Shown here: in pieces, positions 46,825 to 56,514 of the stretch | Position numbering within the stretch: position 1 is the first letter of the stretch | Layout: every line of letters starts with the position of its first letter | Assembly: GCA_038087875.1 (NCBI GenBank) | Contig: JAXLNO010000114.1 | Location: 186,001-242,514, forward strand | Direction of reading: 5' to 3' | Source of the DNA: Malacoraja senta | Lineage: Eukaryota | Length of the DNA stretch: 56,514 nt | The notes under the pieces: model-generated | Seen by the model: the letters and a program-made list of their open reading frames with translations, nothing else | What the model was told of the DNA's origin: nothing | The model's database searches: none | Made by a program: the position numbers and the translations under genes

Positions 46825-47684
46825 ATTATTGGCTGCAACCTTCCCTCCATTGACGAACAGTACACTGCAAGCGCCGGAAGCGAGCGAGTAAGATCATCTC
46901 TAACCCCTCTCACCCTGGCCACAAACTCTTTGAATCACTTCCCTCTGGAAGCTGCCACAGCCAGACATAAACACAACTTTTTACCACGAGTAGTAGCTCC
47001 TTTTGCTCTGGTATTTTGTTTGGGTCACATGCTTGATCAATGGTGTTTATTATTAATATTTAGTGTTTTATGCGTCATTCGTAACTGTCAACTGTCCTGT
47101 TGTTACTTGCGGGCGGAGCACCAAGGCAAATTCCTTGTATGTGAATACTTGACCAATAAACGTATTCATTCATTCATTCAGTTTAACAGGTGTTAAAGTA
47201 GCCCTCATGACTTACTAATGTTTAATTCTAGCCGTCAGTCGGGGAGGATTATTTCGTTGAATCTTCTTTTACTCGTTGGTATTTTAAAATACGTTCATTT
47301 TAAGATTAAAATAAAAATAATAAAAGACGAACAAAAACATATTAATAAAAATAAAAGGATTTGTTCTACAAAATTTGGATTCATTCAAACGGCCGCACAT
47401 AATGGCCAAGAAGGCCACATGCGGCCTTAAGGCCGCAGGTTCCCCACCCCTGACTTAAACTAAACTAAACAAAGCCAAATCTACCGTTAAGTTAAAACTA
47501 AAAGCTCTCCCCCTCACTTTCCCTCTCTCCCAATCCCCCTTCTAAACCAAAATTAATCTAAACTAAATTATAACAAAACCATCTCTCCTTCCCCTCTCAC
47601 TCTTCCCCTCCTTTCACTTCCCCCTCCCATTTGCAGTCGAAAATAAAAACTAAACTTTAACAAACTTACATTTAAACATACTTA

Positions 47685-47878
47685 CAGTGCATTCAGAAAG
47701 TATTCAGACCCCTTCACTTAATATACATTTTGTTACGTTATAGCCTTATTCTAAAATTGATTAAATTCATTTTTTTTTAACATCAATCTACACACAATAC
47801 CCCATAATAAAAACACGAAAACAGGTTTAGAATTGTTTGCAAATTAAAAATAAATAACTGAAAAATCAAGTTTACATT
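47685..47878 (+). mobile_element. Tc1/mariner terminal inverted repeat fragment (single end)
   Basis: TA followed by CAGTGCATTCAGAAAGTATTCAGACCCCTTCACTT...ACATTTTGTTACGTTA.AGCCTTATTCTAAAATTGATTAAATT. Confidence 0.8.
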
Positions 47879-49992
47879 AACCTAAGCTAAACTAGAACAA
47901 CCCCCCCCCCACTCCCCCTCCTCTCTCTCCCCTCCAATTCTCAGTCGAAAAGAAAAACTAAACAAACAAACAAACTTACACTTAAACTTATACTTAAATA
48001 AACAAATTCCTCTCTCCCACTCGCAAACTTAAACGAACTTAAACCTCTCCTCTTCCCCTCTTTTTCTCCACTCTCTCGAAAACTAAAACTAAATGAAGCC
48101 AAAACTAAAGCTAAAAAATAAAATTAAAGATAAACCCTCTCTCTCTTCCTTTTTATCTCTGCCCCCTCTCTCTCCCCCCACTCTCTTTCTTCCCCAGCTC
48201 TCTCCTCACTCTCTTCCCCGCCTCCCCCTTTCTCTCTGCCCCTCTATCTCTACCCACTCTCTTCCTTCCCCATCTCTCTCTTCCCACTCTCTTCCCCACC
48301 TCTCGCTTTCTCCCCCCTTATCTCACCCCTCTTTCTCTCTATCTCTCGCTCACCCTCTCTTTCTTCCCCTCTCTCTCTCACTGCCCTTTCTTTCTTCCCC
48401 TCTCTCGAAACAAAAACTAAACTCTCTCTCTCCCCAATCTCTTCTCTCCCTCTCCCTATTCTCTTCCCCTCCCTCTCTCTCCTTTCCCCCTCTCTCTGCT
48501 CTCCCCCTCTCCTCTTTCTCTCTCTCCACCATTCTCTCTTTCCCTCCTCTCTCTTTTCACCCCTCTCTCCTGCCTCTCTCTCCCCCTCTCTCTCTTTCCC
48601 TCCTCTCTCTCCTTTCACCCCATCTCCCCCCCCCGCCCTTCTCTCCCCCACTCTCTCGAAAGGTTAATGTAAACTAAGCTAAACTGAAATCAAACTGAAA
48701 CTACCCTTCACACCCCCTCTCAAAAACTAAACTACGACTAAACTAAAATGATAACTATTACTAAAACTAACGTAAAATGAAACGTAACCAAACTTTCTCT
48801 GTGTCCCCTCCCTCCCCACCTCTCCTCCCCTCCGCTCTCCCCCTGCCTCCCTTTCTCTCCCTATCTCTCTCCATTTTCCTATCTCCCGCAATTTGCTCTC
48901 TCCCCATTCCCTCTTGAAAAGAAAATCTAAACTTAAACTAACTTAACGTTCTTCTCTTCTGCCCTCTCTGCTCCTCTCACTATCTCATCTTCCCCGCCCC
49001 CGTCTCCCCCCCTCTCTCTCAAAAGGTAAACAAACTAAAACTAACGGAAAAAAAAATTAAACTAAACCTCTCCACCCCATCTCTCCCCCAACCTGTCTTC
49101 CCTCTCTCCCCTCTCTTTCATAAATTTTCAAACTCCACATTCTCTCCGAAAACAAAAACAAAGTCACTGAAACTGAAACCAAAAGTAAATTAAACAAAAC
49201 CTTCTCTCTGCCTCCTCTCTCTTTCGCTTTGCTCTCACGCTTTCCCATTCTCTCTTGAAAATGAAACCCTCTCCTATCTCCGCCCTCCATCCTGTCTCTC
49301 CCACCCCTCTCTCTTACCACCCTCTCTCCCCACCGCCCTCTACCCCACCCCTCTTTCCCCCTCTCCCCATCTCTCTCGCATCCCCTCCTCCTTACCACTC
49401 CCCTCTCTCCCCCTACTCTCCCCTCTCTCTCATCCCCTCCCACTTTTGCCCCTTCTTCCCCCCCCTACTCTCCCCCCTTTATCATCCTCCCATCTCACCC
49501 CCTCTACCCCTCTCTCCCCCTCCCCCCTCCCCCTCCTCCCCCTTCCCATCTACCCCACCCCTACTACTCCCTCTCTCCCCCTCTCCCTCTCCCCCATCTC
49601 TCTCACATCCCCTCTCTCCCCCACCCCTCTCCCCCTCCCCCTCCCCCTTCCCAATCTACCCCACCCCTACTACCCCCTCTCTCCCCCTCTCCCTCTCCCC
49701 ATCTCTCTCGCATCCCCTCCCGCTCTCTCCCTCATCCCCTCCCCCTCTCTCTCCCTCCCTCTGTCCCCCCTCTCCCCCTCCCCCAATCTCCCTCGCATGC
49801 CCTCTCGCTCTCCCCTTCTCTCTCTCATCCCCCTCTCTCTCCCTCCCTCACTCCCCGCCTCTCTCCCCCTCTCACTCACCCACCCTCTCACCCCTTCTTC
49901 CCCCCTACTCTCCCCCGCCCTCTCTCTCTCTCTCTCTCCTGTCCCCCCTTTCTCTATATCTTCAACCTTCTCTCATCCCCTTGACCCCCCCC

Positions 49993-50228
49993 CCACAGCC
50001 ATCAGGCTATTAAACTCAACTCAAACGAAACTGTGAACATTAATAGACCATTATCTGTTTGCACTTTATCTGTTTATTTATTCATGTGTGTATATATTTA
50101 TAGAATGGTATATTACACACTGATCTGTTCTGTATTTATTCATGCCTTCTATATTCTGTTGTGCTGAAGCAAAGCAAGAAGTTCATTGTCCTATCTGGGA
50201 CACATGACAATAAACTCTCTTGAATCTT
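49993..50228 (+). mobile_element. Rex/Babar 3' end
   Basis: Paralog of 36062-36265 (AIRLLNSTQTKL*, UTR, CTTGAA tail). Confidence 0.8.
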
Positions 50229-50404
50229 GCATCATCCCCTCCCACTCTCTCCCTGTCCACCTCCCTCTCCCCCTCTCATCCCCTCCCTCCCCCCCTTCTC
50301 CCCTTCACCCCTCTCTCCCCCCTCTCTCTCTCTCTCTCTCATCTCCCCCCCTCTCCCTCCCCCCTCTCTTTCAGTCCCTCTCCTCGCCCCCCCCCCCTGT
50401 CATT

Positions 50405-50915
50405 TTTGCTATTCAGGGAGTGCAGCGTAGGTTCACAAGGTTAATTCCAGGGATGGCGGGACTGTCATATGCTGAGAGAATGGAGCGGCTGGGCTTGTAC
50501 ACTCTGGAGTTTAGAAGGATGAGAGGGCATCTTATTGAAACATATAAGATTGTCAAGGGTTTGGACACGCTAGAGGCAGGAAACATGTTCCCGATGTTGG
50601 GGGAGTTTAAGAATAAGGGACCACAGTTTAGGAATAAGGAGTAAGCCATTTGGAACGGAGACGAGGAAACACTTTTTCTTACAGAGAGTTGTGAATCTCT
50701 GGAGGAATTCTCTGCCTCAGAGGGCGGTGGAGGCCGGTTCTCTGGATACTTTCAAGAGAGAGCTAGATAGGGTTTTTAAAGATAGTGGAGTCAGGGGATA
50801 TGGGGAGAAGGCAGGAACGGGGTACTGATTGTGGATGTTCAGCCATGATCACCTTGAATGGCGGTGCTGGCTCGAAGGGCCGAATGGCCTACTCCTGCGC
50901 CTATTATCTATTGTC
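50405..50915 (+). mobile_element. CR1 3' fragment
   Basis: AIQGVQRRFTRLIPGMAGLSY and 3' UTR. Confidence 0.9.
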
Positions 50916-50958
50916 TCTAACCCCTTTACCCCCCCCTCTCCCCCACCCTCTCTCCTAC

Positions 50959-51152
50959 CTGAATCTCGTTGGTTGGTCCTTCTTTGCCTCTTCCAGCACA
51001 TCTAGGAGGGAACTCCCGCTGAGGACTTGAACCAGAGTCTGGTCAGAGAACGATTTTTTTCACTCCATCCTTGACCTTGAGAGTGACTTCAATATGTGGG
51101 TGGGGTGTGAGGGGTGGAGGGGTAGTGGGCCGCACGGGTAGAATCAGGTTAC
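50959..51152 (-). CDS. Cobalamin-binding protein, linker/beta-domain exon with a +1 frameshift in an A7 run
   Basis: AG/GT boundaries; NLILPVRPTTPPPLTPHPHIEVTLKVKDGVKK, then (after removing one A) SFSDQTLVQVLSGSSLLDVLEEAKKDQPTRF. Confidence 0.85.
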
Positions 51153-51372
51153 CTGGGGTAGAGAGGAGAGAGTGGAGGGGGGAGAGAGTAAATGATGAGG
51201 GAGGAGGAGCAGGGAAAGGAGGGGGGGGGGTGCCGTATTGCGGGAGGGGTGGGGAGAGGAGGGAGCGCCGCACTGAGGGAAGGGTGGGGGGAGGAGGGAG
51301 CGTCGCACTGTGTGGGGGGAGGGGAGGGAGCGTCGCACTGTGGGGAGAGAGGGGAGGGACCGCCGCACTTAC

Positions 51373-51559
51373 TAATATCATCTTTACACGTAATCTCCCT
51401 CACGTTTAGATATGATTTCCCTTCAAGGGAGGGGGTGACTTGAGACGCTGTCTGTGGATTTTTAAACTCCCCTTCTCTGGAAGCTTTCAGTAACCGATCG
51501 ATAGAAAGACTTCGGTCCCATAAGTTGTCGGGTATCATATCTTGACTCACGGATAAGGC
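51373..51559 (-). CDS. Cobalamin-binding protein, alpha-domain exon (187 bp)
   Basis: CACACAG / GTAAGT boundaries; ALSVSQD...WDRSLS...GEFKNPQTASQVTPSLEGKSYLNVREITCKDDI. Confidence 0.92.
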
Positions 51560-52283
51560 CTGTGTGAGAGAGGGGGGAGGAGGGGGAGGGAGTTAGAGAG
51601 CGGGGAGAGAGATAGAAGGGGGAGTTAGATAGGGGAGAGAGAGAATGGGGGGAAGATTGGAAGAGAGGGCGAGAGGGGAGGGGAAGAAGTGACAGATAAA
51701 GGGGGGAGGGGAGAGAGAAGAGGGAAGAGGGGGCAGAGAGATAGGGGAAGAGAAGGGGAGAGTGAGAGTGGGGAGAGAGGTTAGAGAGCAGAGGGAGTGA
51801 GAGGGGAGAGAGAGAAAGGGAGGGAGAGAGGTGGGCAGAGATTGGGGGACAGAGTGCGAGAAGGGTGGAGAAGAGGGGACAGATAAAGGGGGGAGGGGGA
51901 GAGAGGGAGAGGGTGAGAGATGAGGGAAGAGGGGAAAGAGAGATAGGTGAAGAGAAGGGGAGAGACAGAGGGGATAGAGAGAGGGGAGGGAGAGAGGTGG
52001 GCAGAGATTGGGAGAGGGGGCGAGAGATGAGGGAAGGGGGGACAAAGAGATAGGGGATGAGAAACGGAGAGTGAGAGTGGGGGGAGAGAGGGTAGAGTGG
52101 GGGTGTGACGGGGAGAGTGGTTTTCTGTATACAGTATGTGCGTGTGAGAGAGACACATTTATACAGTGACATATGGACATAGGTCTCTGTAAAGTGTCTC
52201 CCACAGGTACAGAGACTCATATTCTCCCTCCTCTCCCCTCCTGCAGTGCAGCGCTCCCTTCCCTCCCGCAGTGTATATGTTCT

Positions 52284-52367
52284 CTGTGTGTATCTATGTG
52301 TGTATGTGTGTATGTGTGACCGTGTGAGTATGTGTGTGTATGTGTGTGTGTGTGTGTCTGTGTGACC

Positions 52368-52400
<33 letters not shown>

Positions 52401-52779
52401 TCAGTGTGTGTCTGTCCATGTGAGTATGTGTGTGTGTCTGTGTGTGTGCGTCAGTGTGTGTGTATTTGTCTGTGTGTGTGTATGTGTGCGTCAATTTTTG
52501 TGTGTGTGTCTGTGTCTGTCTGTCTGTGTGAGTGTTTGCGTGTGTGTGTTTTTCTGTGTTTGTGTCTGTGTCTGTATGTTAGTGTGTGTCTGTTGTGAGC
52601 GAGTGTGTGTGTGTCTGTGTGTCTGTATGTAAGTGCTTGCGTGTGTGTTTTTCTGAGTTTGTGTCTGTGTTTCTGTGAGTCTGAGTGTGTCTGTATGTTT
52701 GTGTGTGTATGTGTGTGTCTGTATGTTTGTGTGTGTGTGTCTGTATGTGTGTGTGTGTGTGTCTGTATGTTTGTGTGTG

Positions 52780-52814
<35 letters not shown>

Positions 52815-52822
52815 CTGTGTGA
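52284..52822. repeat. Imperfect (TG)n microsatellite
   Basis: About 540 bp of interrupted TG dinucleotides. Confidence 0.95.
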
Positions 52823-52974
52823 CACTATTGCTCACTGTCTCCCTCTATCTCTCCCTGCGTCTCTCTCTCTCTCTCCCTCTGTGTCTCTCTCTACCACTCC
52901 CTGTCTCTCCTCCTCCTCACTTTTCCTTGGTTTAGAGATTTTGTTTAGTTGACAGATACAGCACAGGGACAGTA

Positions 52975-54845
52975 CGTTTCAAGACGGGCTGCAGGGAAAA
53001 TGCTGGGAACTATATAGGCCGATGAGCTTAACATCTGTAGTTGGTAAATTCCTGGAGAGTATTCTGATGGGTAAGTGAAACAGGTATTTGGACGGGCAAG
53101 GGCTGATTACAGATAGTGCAGTTTTGGTCCCATCATTTGAGGAAGGACTTTCTTGCTATTGACGTCGTGCCACGTTGGTTCACAAGGTTAATTCCCGGGA
53201 TGGCGGGACTGTCATATGCTGAGAGAATGGAGCAGCTGGGCTTGTATAGTCTGGAACTTAGAAGAATGAGAGGGAATCTTATTGAAACATATAAGATTAT
53301 TAAGGGTTTGGACGCGCTAGAGGCAGGAAACATGTTGGGGGAGACCAGAACCAGAGATCACAGTTCAAGAATAAGGGGTTGGCCATTTAGAACTGAGATA
53401 AGGAAACACTTTTTCTCACAGAGAGTGATGAGTCTGTGGAATTCTCTGTCTCAGCGGGTGGTGGTGGCCAGTTCTCTGGATGCTTTCAAGAGAGAGCTAG
53501 ATAGGGCTCTTAAAGATATCGGAGTCAGGGGATATGGGGAGAAGGCAGGAACGGGGTACTGATTTGGGATGATCAGCCATCATCACATTGAATGGTGATG
53601 CTGGCTCGAAGGGCCGAATGGCCTACTGCACCTATTGTCTATTGTCCTGTAGATGTTGTGTACATAGATTTCAGTTAGGCATTCGACAAGTTTCCGCATG
53701 GTAGGCTGCTCTGGAAGGTTAGCTTGCATGGGATCCAAGGAGAGATAGCTGAATGGATAGCAAATTGGCTCCATGGATGGAAGCAGAGGGTGATGGTGGA
53801 AGGTTGCTTCTCGGACTGGAGGCCTGTGACTAGTGGTGTGCTTCAGAGTTCGGTGCTGGGGCCATTACTGTTTGTCATCTACATCAATGATTTGGATGAG
53901 AACATACAGGGCAAGATTAGCAAGTTTGATGATGATATAAATGTTAGTGGTTTTGCAGATGGTGAAGATGGTTGTGAACGATTGCAGCAGGATCTGGATC
54001 GATTGGCCAGGTGGGCTGAAGAATTGTTGATGGAATTTAATACAGAAAAGTGTGAGGTGTCGCATTTTGGGACGTCAAACAAGGGCAGGACCTACACAGT
54101 AAATGGTAGGCCTCTGGGTAGTGTTGTAGAGCAGAGGGATCTAGGAGTACAGGTGCATGGTTCCTTGAAGGTCAAGTCGCAGGTAGATAAGGTGGTCATA
54201 AAGGCTTTTGGCACTTTGATCTTCATCAGTCAGACTATTGAGTATAGAAGTTGGGAGATGTTGCAGTTGTATAAGACATTGGTGAGCGCATTTAGAATAT
54301 TGTGTTCAGTTCTGGGCACCATGTTATAGGAAAGATATTGTCTAGCTTGAAAGGGTTCAGAAACGATTTACGAGGATGTTGCCAGGACCAGAGGGTGTGA
54401 GCTATGGGGAGGGGTTGCGAAGGCTGGGTCTCTATTCCATGAAGTGCAGGAGGATGAGGGGAGATCTTATAGAGGTATACAAAATCATGAGAGGAATAGA
54501 TCTGGTAGATGCACAGATCCTCTTGCCCAGAGTAGGGGAATCGAGGACCAGAGGGCATAGGTTCAATGTGAAGGGGGAAAGAATTAATAGGAATCCGACG
54601 GGTAACATTTTCACACAAATGGTGGTGGGTGCATGGAACAAGCTGTCAGAGGCGGTAGTTGAGGCTGGGACTATCCCATCGTTTAAAAAACAGCTAGACA
54701 GGTACATTGATAGAACAGGTTTGGAAAAATATGGACCAAGCGCAGACAAGTGGGACTAGGGTAGCAGGGACATTGTTGGCCAGTGTAGGCGAGTTGGGCC
54801 GAAGGGCCTGTTTTCCACACTGTATCACCCTATGGCTCTATGATT
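52975..54845 (+). mobile_element. CR1 (HER1-like) RT-to-3' fragment with a nested CR1 (about 53116-53646)
   Basis: GNYRPMSLTSVVGK, VTSGVLQSSVLGPLLFVIYIND, LQQDLDRL, 3' hairpin/tail; the nested copy has its own TATTGTC tail. Confidence 0.9.
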
Positions 54846-55350
54846 AGTTCAAGTGAGCCCCCGATTTCCACCTCTCTCCCCATCTCTCACCCCATCCGTT
54901 TCTCTTTCTCTCTCATTCTGTCTTCCCTCTTTTCCTTGGATTAGAGATTTAATTTAGTTTATAGATACAGCACACTACAAGAGAGCTCCCCCTCCCTCGC
55001 CCTCTCCCCCTCCTTCTCCCTCTCCCCCTCCCTCTCCCTATTCCCCTCCCTCTCCCACTCCCTCTCCTTCTCCCCCTCCCCTCTCCTTCTCCCTCTCCCT
55101 CTCCCCCCCTCCCTCTCCCCCCTCCCTCTCCCCCCTCCCTCTCCCCCCCCTCCCTCTACCCCCCTCTTCCCTCACTCTCCTCCCTATCCCCCTATCTATC
55201 CCCCTCCCTCTCCCTCTACCCTCCCCTTCTCCCTCTCCCCACCTCCCTCTCCCCCCTTTCCTCTACCCCCCTCCCTCTACCCCCCTCTTCCCTCACTCTC
55301 CTTCTCCCTCTTCCTCTCCCCCTCCCCCTCCCTCTCTCTATATATCTTAC

Positions 55351-55493
55351 CTGTACCGCTAATCCTGTGCTGTAGATATTACCAATTGTTCCGTCCTGAC
55401 CAACAGCTTTCAAGATTTGACGTACAACTTTCTGGATGCAGGGTGATTTGGGGGAGACGCACTGCAGGGCAAGTACACTCATTGCTGCTGTGT
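55351..55493 (-). CDS. Cobalamin-binding protein, alpha-domain exon (143 bp); upstream exons lie beyond the window
   Basis: CTCCCAG / GTAAGA boundaries; (D)TAAMSVLALQC...QDGTIGNIYSTGLAVQ, the family signature (GNIYSTGLAMQAL). Confidence 0.93.
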
Positions 55494-55602
55494 CTGGGAG
55501 AGAGAGAGAGAGAGAGGAGAGGGGAGTGGGGAGTGTGAGGGGCGAGAGAGGGTTAGTATGTGAGTGTGTGAGAGAGAGTTGTATGTGAGAGAGAGTGTCT
55601 GA

Positions 55603-56514
55603 TACTGTACTCCCTGTACACACATGACTGTGTGGCCAGGTTCAGCTCCAACTCCATCATCAAGTTTGCTAATGACACTGTGGTGTTGGGCCTGATCTCT
55701 GATAACGATGAGAAGGCCTACCGGGCGGAGGTGGCTGACCTGGCACTCAGGTATCAGGACAACAGCCTCCTCTTGAATGTCACTAAAACTAAGGAGCTGA
55801 TTGTGGACTTTAGAAAGCCACAACATCCGAGGACATACACGCAACTGGAGATAAATGGGACTACTGTGGACAGGGTGAGCAGCTTCAAATACCTGGGAGT
55901 CCACATCACAGAGGATCTGACATGGACAACACACACTGCCGCACTGGAGAGTAAGGCAAGGCTGCGCCTTTACCACCTCAGGCAGCTGAGGAAATTCAGA
56001 GTCTCTCTGAGGATCCTTCAGTGCTTCTACTCTGGGGCTGTAGAAAGCATCTTGTCCGGCAACATGTTGTTAAAGAAGGAACTGCAGATGCTGGAAAATC
56101 GAAGGTACACAAAAATGCTGGAGAAACTCAGCGGGTGCAGCAGCATCTATGGAGCGAAGGAAATAGGTAACGTTTCGGGCCGAAACCCTTCTTCAGACTG
56201 CTACATCTACTGCTACATGTCCGGCAACATCTCAACCTGGTTTGGGAATAGCTCTGCCCACGACAGGAAGGCTCTGCAGAGAGTAGTGTGTTCAGCTGAA
56301 CGCACTATGGGAACTACACCCCCCCCCACCCCTTGCAGGACCTATACACCAGGAGGGGCATATCCAGAGCCAGCAAGATCATGAAGGACCCCTACCACCC
56401 CAGCAAGGACTGTTCCAGCTGTTATGGTCAGACAAGTGCCTCCGCTGTCACGCTGCGAAAACAGAGAGGATGAGATGGAGTCTCTTCCCACAGGACATTA
56501 GGACTGTAAACTCT
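55603..56514 (+). mobile_element. Rex/Babar RT fragment with a 152-bp Penelope terminal-repeat insertion (56066-56217)
   Basis: LYSLYTHDC...IIKFANDT...KTKELIVDFRK...FKYLGVHI; TSD TGTCCGGCAACAT at 56053-56065 and 56218-56230. Confidence 0.9.

Larger units (their letters stand above)
44408..47185 (+). mobile_element. Rex/Babar 3' fragment (44408-44598 and 46825-47185) split by CR1
   Basis: KAQQRMYFLRHLRK...FYMAIVES...SAEKII resumes as IIGCNLPSI; (TTCA)n tail. Confidence 0.85.
42729..47452 (-). mobile_element. hAT (Charlie-like) DNA transposon with nested insertions
   Basis: TIRs CAGGGGTGGGGAAC / GTTCCCCACCCCTG; perfect 8-bp TSD ACTTAAAC (42721-42728, 47453-47460); dimerisation-domain remnant YPRLWQHARKMLACFSTTYCCESTFS. 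Confidence 0.93.

Noticed and set aside
52294..52952. Cys/Val- and His/Thr-rich ORFs
   Set aside because: Translations of the (TG)n microsatellite.
55216..55623. 135-aa ORF as a complete protein
   Set aside because: Only 55351-55493 is exon; the rest is intronic read-through.

Overview
Eukaryotic, repeat-dense vertebrate DNA. The repeat families (tRNA-derived HE1/V-SINE-like SINEs, abundant CR1, Penelope, Rex/Babar) point to a cartilaginous fish, probably a skate or ray (inference). There is one 200-N assembly gap at 14158-14357. Main contents: (1) a near-intact, 5'-complete L1-clade LINE on the minus strand (1-5062) inserted into an older L1. (2) Three paralogous C2H2 zinc-finger exons (16.9-18.5 kb +, 23.7-24.2 kb -, 31.4-32.8 kb -), all damaged, inside inverted segmental duplications and next to duplicated CpG-island promoter-like sequence. 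(3) A minus-strand chimera of ZNF / VPS51 fragment / endogenous retrovirus pol (tether-RNase H) / possible env. (4) The last five coding exons of a cobalamin-binding (transcobalamin/intrinsic factor/haptocorrin family) gene on the minus strand (55493 to 41420), with a homopolymer frameshift and an unusual Cys-rich tail. (5) In an intron of that gene, a hAT transposon with intact TIRs and TSD holding a four-level nest of insertions. (6) Many CR1, Rex/Babar, L2, Vingi-like, Penelope (with hammerhead-ribozyme cores), hAT, Tc1 and Helitron-like remnants, plus minisatellites. Most ORF-track entries are spurious (antisense to TEs or low-complexity). All family assignments come from motif recognition, not database searches.
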